Source of the DNA: Paludibacteraceae bacterium
GTDB taxonomy: Bacteria > Bacteroidota > Bacteroidia > Bacteroidales > Paludibacteraceae
Assembly (NCBI GenBank): GCA_024399575.1
Contig: JAKSNT010000001.1
Coordinates: 9,124-73,123, forward strand
Length of the DNA stretch: 64,000 nucleotides
Direction: 5' to 3'
The first letter of the stretch is position 1, and every line of letters starts with the position of its first letter. The position numbers and the translations under genes are program-made. Positions 20,865 to 26,087 of the stretch are shown here, piece after piece. The notes under the pieces are model-generated. The model was not told the origin of the DNA and made no database searches. It was given only the letters and a program-made list of their open reading frames with translations.

Positions 20865-21079
20865 GCAAATTTGGATGGTTTTTAGGTGGAGCTTTGGTTG
20901 GTGCCGCTGTTGCACTTCTGTTGGCTCCTGAAAGCGGTGAGATTACACGTGAGAAAATTGCCGCTATGGTTAAGGAGAAATTTCCACAGCTTTCGAAAGA
21001 AGAGCTGGAGAAATTTGTCGATAAGATGATGAGTAAGCTTAATGTCGATACGATAGATGCAGATGTTGAAGAATATTGA
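20861..21079 (+). CDS. YtxH domain-containing protein
   Basis: GWFLGGALVGAAVALLLAPESGEITREK is the typical YtxH N-terminal helix plus APxSG motif. 72 aa. Confidence 0.75.
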   Translation: MSKFGWFLGGALVGAAVALLLAPESGEITREKIAAMVKEKFPQLSKEELEKFVDKMMSKLNVDTIDADVEEY

Positions 21080-21419
21080 AGCATTTATTGCTGAACTCAG
21101 GGAATACATTCTCGTTCGGGGTGATCTGCTGAGGCTGAGGGTGATTGAGAAGAGTTCAAGGCTTGTAAGCTGGTTGTTGATACTGCTTATCGGTTTTGTA
21201 GTCGTTATGTTCGCTTTGGCTTTTGCCGCTTTTTCTGTGACGATACTCTTGGCAAAGGTGATGCCTTTGTGGGGTTCGTGTCTTGTGGTGTCAGGATTGT
21301 TTCTGATATTGCTGCTCCTTTTGGTGATTTTCCGGAAGAAATGGTTCATCAACCCAACCGTAAGAATATTGAGTGACATTTTGATAACTAACGAGGAGGA
21401 CGAAGATGAAGAGATTTGA
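21057..21419 (+). CDS. holin-X-like (DUF1469 / holin superfamily III-like) membrane protein
   Basis: Amphipathic N-terminal helix followed by two TM helices and an acidic tail. Overlaps the YtxH gene by 23 nt. Confidence 0.6.
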   Translation: MQMLKNIEAFIAELREYILVRGDLLRLRVIEKSSRLVSWLLILLIGFVVVMFALAFAAFSVTILLAKVMPLWGSCLVVSGLFLILLLLLVIFRKKWFINPTVRILSDILITNEEDEDEEI

Positions 21420-21600
21420 AACAGTTGACGAACTTAATGTCGCAATCAGGAAGTTGGAGCGGAAGAGCAAAAGGCAGGAAAAACGAATGTCCAGAAGTTT
21501 TAACAGCATTTTGGACAATCCTTTCGGCGAGGTGGGGACGTTTGTCAAGAATCTGTTCAAGATTATTGCTCTAAAACGGGTTCTCCGGAGACGGAAATAA
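21406..21600 (+). CDS. small basic hypothetical protein (64 aa)
   Basis: Overlaps the upstream gene by 14 nt. Predicted helical and Lys/Arg-rich. Overlaps the convergent recF 3' end by 38 nt. Confidence 0.45.
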   Translation: MKRFETVDELNVAIRKLERKSKRQEKRMSRSFNSILDNPFGEVGTFVKNLFKIIALKRVLRRRK

Positions 21601-22699
21601 GTTTGATTCTGCCGTCTGTGACTTCGAAAACCGATGATTCCCGGTCGTTCAGGAGCTTGTCGATATTGTTGCGTGAAGTGTCGGTGATGAAAATCTGTCC
21701 GAATTCATCAGAAGCGACTATGTCGATTATGTTCGAGACGCGGTTAGTGTCCAGCCTGTCGAAGAGGTCGTCGAGCAGGAGAATCGGTTTGCACCCTTTT
21801 GCGTCGTTCAGCACTTTATACTGAGCCAGTTTCATTGCAATGACGAAACTTTTGTTTTGACCTTGCGAGCCTGTGGTGCGGATAGGGTAGTTGCCAATAG
21901 ACATGATGAGGTCATCCTTGTGTATGCCTCTTGTGGTATATCCAAGGATTATGTCGCGTGCCTGACATTCGCGTAGCAGTTCCGACAGTTTGGCGTTATT
22001 GTCGAGATGTGAGACGTATTGCAACGATATGCGGTCGTCAACAGCTGCGATTTTGTTGTATGTTTTCTGGAAAGTAGGTATGAATTTTTCGATGAATTCG
22101 TGCCTTTTTTCATAAATATATTCTGCTTCGTCCTGAAGTTGCAGGTCGTAAATTTCGAGGAGCGAACTGTCAACAGAGCTGTTCTCGGCGAGTTGTTTCA
22201 GCAGGTTGTTGCGGTTCTGAATTATGCGGTTGTATTTCGATAGCGAGTTCAGGTAGCGTGAGTCGCATTGCGAAATCACTATGTCCATGAACCTCCTGCG
22301 TTCGTCGCTGCCGTCGGCAATCAGGCTCTGGTCTGCTGGTGAAATGAGCACTACAGGTATCAGACCTATGTGGTCTGACATCCTGGTGTAGATTTTGCCA
22401 TTGCGTTTGATGCTTTTCTTTACTTTCGGTTTGAGCGTGACGTTCAGGTTTTCTGGGATGTCGTTGATTGAGTATTCAGCCTGCATCATCAGGAATGGCT
22501 GGTCGTGGCGTACAAGTTGCGAATCGATTGAGGTGAGATGACTTTTCGTCAGCGAGAGAAAAAGTACGGAATCAAGCAGGTTAGTTTTGCCCATGCCGTT
22601 GTTGCCCAGGAAACAGTTGAATTTTCTGGAAAAACGCAGGTCGCATTCGGCAATGTTCCTGTAGTTCAGCAGCGAAAGATGTTTCAGCTCGCAATTCAT
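21563..22699 (-). CDS. recF: DNA replication and repair protein RecF
   Basis: Walker A GNNGMGKTNLLD, signature GSQGQNKS, Walker B ILLLDDLFDRLD. Confidence 0.93.
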   Translation of the reverse strand: MNCELKHLSLLNYRNIAECDLRFSRKFNCFLGNNGMGKTNLLDSVLFLSLTKSHLTSIDSQLVRHDQPFLMMQAEYSINDIPENLNVTLKPKVKKSIKRNGKIYTRMSDHIGLIPVVLISPADQSLIADGSDERRRFMDIVISQCDSRYLNSLSKYNRIIQNRNNLLKQLAENSSVDSSLLEIYDLQLQDEAEYIYEKRHEFIEKFIPTFQKTYNKIAAVDDRISLQYVSHLDNNAKLSELLRECQARDIILGYTTRGIHKDDLIMSIGNYPIRTTGSQGQNKSFVIAMKLAQYKVLNDAKGCKPILLLDDLFDRLDTNRVSNIIDIVASDEFGQIFITDTSRNNIDKLLNDRESSVFEVTDGRIKLISVSGEPVLEQ

Positions 22700-22730
22700 A
22701 TCTTGTTGTCAAGGTCAGTCATTCACTGGT

Positions 22731-22738
22731 GCAAAGGT
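22731..22738 (-). promoter_or_regulatory. -7 promoter box (TACCTTTG on minus strand)
   Basis: Plus strand reads caaaggta, 32 nt upstream of the recF ATG at 22699. Confidence 0.6.
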
Positions 22739-22950
22739 AGGAATAATTTTTCATACGATGGCAAGTTCCGACTGATATTTTTTATAAATCTTTTCTTTGT
22801 TTGCTCTTGAATGGGAAAAACATGTCGCGATGTGCCTGATATTGAATATTGAAAAAAATGGCAGAAAACATTTGGTGTTGTCATCAAAAAGTAGTTATTT
22901 TGCATCACTTTTTGAATGTCAATGATTATCCTTGAAAATGTTGTATAACT

Positions 22951-23700
22951 ATGTATGAATCAATATTATCTGCTTTTCTGCTCGGGCTTGCGACGATAAT
23001 AAGTCCATGCCCTTTCTGTTCTGACATAACTGCTGTTTCGTACATCAGCCGTGATGTCAGTTCGCGTCGTCGTGTTCTTGGCAATGGCGTCAGTTATGGA
23101 CTTGGCAAGCTTACGGCTTATTTCGGGCTCTCCCTGTTCTTTATTTTTGGGGTTCGCATAGCTCCAATCCAATCCTTTCTTGAGAAATATGGTGAGCCGG
23201 CTCTCGGTCCTTTTTTCATAGTATGTGCAATTGTTATGGCATATATGGGTTATCGCGAGGGTCATCATGCGCATCAGCATAATCACGACCGCGGTTACAT
23301 GGATCGTATTCAGGCACATCTTCCCAACGGCAGTGCAATAGGTGCCTTTGTCATTGGTTTCTGTGGTTCTTTGGCTTTCTGTCCTTACAGCGGTGTGCTC
23401 TATTTCGGTATGATGATGCCTTTGGCGATTTCACAGCCAGTTGCAGTGGGGTGGATGATACCATTTGCCTTTGGATTTGCAACGACACTGCCAGTGCTTG
23501 CCATAGCTCTTGTGATAGCCTACGGCGTCGGTTCTATCTCCCGTCTTACCCGACACCTTGCTAAAATCGAAGTCTGGCTGCGTTGGTTCTGTGTGGCGCT
23601 CTTCCTCGGTATGGGCATATACCTGTGTGTCGAGAATTTCGGTGGTCACCATCACCATCATCACGAACATCAGCATATTGCAGCGGAAGCTAAAGTCTGA
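22951..23700 (+). CDS. DsbD_2/CcdA-like polytopic membrane protein with His-rich loop and tail (possible metal or metalloid transporter)
   Basis: About 6 TM segments, N-terminal SPCPFC motif, loop REGHHAHQHNHDRGY, C-terminus GGHHHHHHEHQH. Confidence 0.6.
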   Translation: MYESILSAFLLGLATIISPCPFCSDITAVSYISRDVSSRRRVLGNGVSYGLGKLTAYFGLSLFFIFGVRIAPIQSFLEKYGEPALGPFFIVCAIVMAYMGYREGHHAHQHNHDRGYMDRIQAHLPNGSAIGAFVIGFCGSLAFCPYSGVLYFGMMMPLAISQPVAVGWMIPFAFGFATTLPVLAIALVIAYGVGSISRLTRHLAKIEVWLRWFCVALFLGMGIYLCVENFGGHHHHHHEHQHIAAEAKV

Positions 23701-23737
23701 CCTGCAGTGTATGAAACTGTCTTGCCGAAATGTTGAT

Positions 23738-23834
23738 CCTCCGTAGTGAACTCGAATTGAACTCGAATTGAATTCGAATTGAACTCGATTCTTCTCCGCT
23801 CTGGAACGGACGAGAATCGAGTTCACTACGGAGG
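23738..23834. repeat. long hairpin whose left arm is expanded by tandem 11-mers
   Basis: Right arm 23813-23834 (agaatcgagttcactacggagg) is complementary to cctccgtagtgaactcga (23738-23755) and to gaactcgattct (23781-23792). Flanking gatcctcc (23735-23742) pairs with ggaggatc (23852-23859). Confidence 0.85.
23748..23791. repeat. 4 x 11-bp tandem repeat (gaactcgaatt / gaactcgaatt / gaattcgaatt / gaactcgattc)
   Basis: Read directly from the sequence. Confidence 0.95.
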
Positions 23835-24088
23835 CACGGCGAAGGATCACTGGAGGATCTGCAGAGTCATGACAAAATGATGCCCGCATGATGACCGGGA
23901 AATTACGATTTTGGATATATTTACCCGTAGAACGATTATTTTTGCGAAAATGATAAACATATCGTCAGACAACAGAAAATCGCTCAGAGTGGCCTTAAAA
24001 TCGAAATTTCGAGGTATTGCCGATATGAAAGCATGTTGCGATTTTTTGTCTTCACTATGAAAGTTTAGGCGTTTTACCAACTTTTACA

Positions 24089-24115
24089 TCAATTGTTTCA
24101 ATTGTCACAATTATC
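24089..24115. repeat. 3 x 9-bp tandem repeat (tcaattgtt / tcaattgtc / acaattatc), iteron-like
   Basis: Read directly from the sequence. It abuts and overlaps the outer arm of the palindrome. Confidence 0.8.
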
Positions 24116-24241
24116 TCAATCAAAATCCTGAGGGTACCTTTTTTCTGCTGACACATTAATATATATTATTATATATATATATAATATTACTTCGTAATAA
24201 TAGGTGAAAAAAGGGGTATGCAATTTCGATTGAGATAATTG
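24108..24241. repeat. three-tier concentric imperfect palindrome around a (TA)n core
   Basis: Outer arms caattatctcaatc (24108-24121) and gattgagataattg (24228-24241). Middle arms ccttttttc (24137-24145) and gaaaaaagg (24206-24214). Inner perfect 20-nt palindrome tattatatatatatataata (24167-24186). All three share a centre near 24175 within about 2 bp. Confidence 0.9.
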
Positions 24242-24460
24242 AAATATATGAGATACAAAAAATAAATATCTCTAATAATCAACGATTTAAGAAAATTCAA
24301 AAAGATATGACAACAAAATTATTCGCTCCGCCAATCTGCCGAATACACATAAATCGAAATACAATTCACCCATCTTCGCACGGTAAAAATAGGCAAAAAA
24401 TGGCATTTTTTGTGTACAGACATGGCATGCTGCGTCTCTTAGGTGATTGGAATGTCTGTC

Positions 24461-24552
24461 GATCCTTTACTATGCCTTTGCTGATCCTTTGTCGTGCCTC
24501 TGCTCATCAGCAGAGAAACAGCAGACAATTAGCAGAGGAATAGCAGAGGGTC
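24461..24552. repeat. 11/22-bp periodic tandem repeats
   Basis: 2 x 22 bp (gatcctttactatgcctttgct / gatcctttgtcgtgcctctgct), then 4 x 11 bp (agcagagaaac / agcagacaatt / agcagaggaat / agcagagggtc). cctctgct (24497-24504) is the inverted copy of the agcagagg core. Confidence 0.9.
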
Positions 24553-24896
24553 AAAAAAAGCATTGCTGTCAAAGATATATATAGATGCCTCAAATCATGT
24601 TTATCCATTATATTTGAAATTTGCAGAAAATAAGACCAAAATATCTTTTATAGAAGAAAAACGCTGCAAAGGTACACCGACAAAATGCTCCCATTACGAT
24701 AATACTAAGCGGTATGAGATTACAACTTCTCAAAACCCATCAAGAAATGCGCTTCTATATTAAACTTGCGGAGGATTGGGGAGGACTTGAGAGGATGAAG
24801 GGGGAGAGGGGCGTGGGCATATGCGAATATGTTCAAAGATGGAAATAAAGTGAAAAAATATTGGGATAAAATGTATTTAGTTAAATAAAAAAGTTG

Positions 24897-24904
24897 TACC
24901 TTTG
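24897..24904 (+). promoter_or_regulatory. -7 promoter box TACCTTTG upstream of ansB
   Basis: Matches TAnnTTTG, 72 nt upstream of ATG 24976. Confidence 0.5.
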
Positions 24905-24908
24905 CGCC

Positions 24909-24975
24909 GAAATTTTACCTTGCTGAAAATTTACCTTGCATTGAAAATTTGCCTTTGCACTGAAATTTTATAAAT
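24909..24975. repeat. 4 degenerate 14-19 bp tandem units (GAAAwTTTaCCTTGC-like)
   Basis: Units are gaaattttaccttgct, gaaaatttaccttgcatt, gaaaatttgcctttgcact and gaaattttataaat, ending at the ansB ATG. Confidence 0.85.
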
Positions 24976-26013
24976 ATGAAACACAGACTTCAATTTTTTG
25001 CATTTCTGACATTGACAGTTATGCTCTTTGCAACATCATGCCAAAAAAATGAGACGTTGAGTGGACCTCTGCCGAAAGTCCATATAATAGCGACTGGCGG
25101 GACAATTGCCGGTGCGAGTACAGACATAGGGTACGATGCCGGAAAGGTATCCATTGAAACCATCCTTCAGGCAGTGCCGGAATTGAAACAATACGCTGAA
25201 TTGGATTATGAGCAGTTCTGCAACATCGGATCACAGGATATGAACGATAGTATCTGGCTTTCTCTTGCTAAACGAGTAAATCAAGTTCTTGAGAGCGGAA
25301 AATATGATGCAATTCTGATAACCCATGGCACTGATGTCATGGAAGAAACTGCCTTTTTCCTGAATCTCACCATCCACGATCCCAAGCCAGTCATCCTTGT
25401 TGGCGCCATGCGTCCTGCAGATGCAGAAGATGCAGATGGTCCGTATAACTTACTGACGGCCGTTAAAGCGATTGTGAGGCCAGAGGCTGTTGGGAGAGAG
25501 GTGATGTGCTGTCTTGGTGGCAAGATTTATGAGGCAGGTGCGGCATTCAAGAATGATACACATTCCATAGATGCCTTGTCTGCAACGTCAGTGGACTGGT
25601 ACTTGCCTCATAATGCCAATACTGGCTTTTACACTGACAATCTGGAAGAATTGCCGGAAGTAGGAATAGTGTATTGCTATGGAAGCAACTCAACCGTTGC
25701 CTTGGAGGCATTCATCAATGCAGGATATAAAGGCATAGTGCTTGCCGGAGTGGGTGACGGAAACTTGAATCAGGAAACTCTTGATCTGGCTGCACAGGCT
25801 GTGAAAAATGGCGTGATGATTGTCCGTTCCTCGCGCATTCCTTTTGGAGGGGTATATACTGAAGGCGGTGAGGTTGATGATGAAAAACTGGGCTTTATAG
25901 CCTCAGGCAGCTTGAGTCCTCAAAAATCAAGGATTCTTCTTATGCTTGCCCTTACGGTAACACAGGACATAGACACCATACGCTCATATTTTCAGAATGG
26001 TGTATATAGATAA
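24976..26013 (+). CDS. ansB: L-asparaginase, type II (periplasmic)
   Basis: Signal peptide, IIATGGTIAG and ITHGTDVMEETAFF motifs. Confidence 0.92.
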   Translation: MKHRLQFFAFLTLTVMLFATSCQKNETLSGPLPKVHIIATGGTIAGASTDIGYDAGKVSIETILQAVPELKQYAELDYEQFCNIGSQDMNDSIWLSLAKRVNQVLESGKYDAILITHGTDVMEETAFFLNLTIHDPKPVILVGAMRPADAEDADGPYNLLTAVKAIVRPEAVGREVMCCLGGKIYEAGAAFKNDTHSIDALSATSVDWYLPHNANTGFYTDNLEELPEVGIVYCYGSNSTVALEAFINAGYKGIVLAGVGDGNLNQETLDLAAQAVKNGVMIVRSSRIPFGGVYTEGGEVDDEKLGFIASGSLSPQKSRILLMLALTVTQDIDTIRSYFQNGVYR

Positions 26014-26030
26014 GACAGCATACAAATATG

Positions 26031-26068
26031 AAAAAAAATAGCTGCCCATAAACAGGCAGCTATTTTTG
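26031..26068. terminator. bidirectional rho-independent terminator
   Basis: 9-bp stem atagctgcc (26038-26046) / ggcagctat (26055-26063), flanked by an A-run and a T-run. Lies between convergent ansB and the 26088-28091 gene. Confidence 0.8.
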
Positions 26069-26087
26069 TATTGCGGTTTGACCTGGC

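Noticed and set aside
21057-21419. Holin-family protein as evidence for a prophage lysis cassette.
   Set aside because: There is no endolysin, spanin, or any capsid, tail, integrase or repressor gene anywhere in the window. The gene sits in a conserved-looking YtxH triad among housekeeping genes.
23647-23676. The HHHHHH-EHQH tail as an engineered His-tag or cloning artefact.
   Set aside because: There are no vector-like flanks. A second His-rich loop lies inside the same protein, and the tract continues as EHQHIAAEAKV. This is consistent with a natural metal-binding tail.
23748-23791. Possible CRISPR-like array (regular short repeats).
   Set aside because: The units are 11 bp and directly adjacent, with no spacers, and there are no cas genes. 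This is a simple tandem repeat.
24307-24763. Track ORFs 24307-24543 (78 aa) and 24563-24763 (66 aa), plus 23847-24080 (77 aa, minus strand), as protein genes.
   Set aside because: They have no motif, odd composition, and span repeat arrays and promoter-like boxes. They have no start context comparable with neighbouring genes.
23701-24975. Chromosomal replication origin (oriC). The island has AT-rich palindromes and iteron-like repeats, and recF is nearby.
   Set aside because: I found no good DnaA boxes; the best matches to TTATCCACA are 6-7 of 9, for example ttatccatt at 24601. There is no dnaA or dnaN gene in the window. Confirming this would need whole-genome GC-skew analysis, so I keep it only as an untested possibility within the findings.
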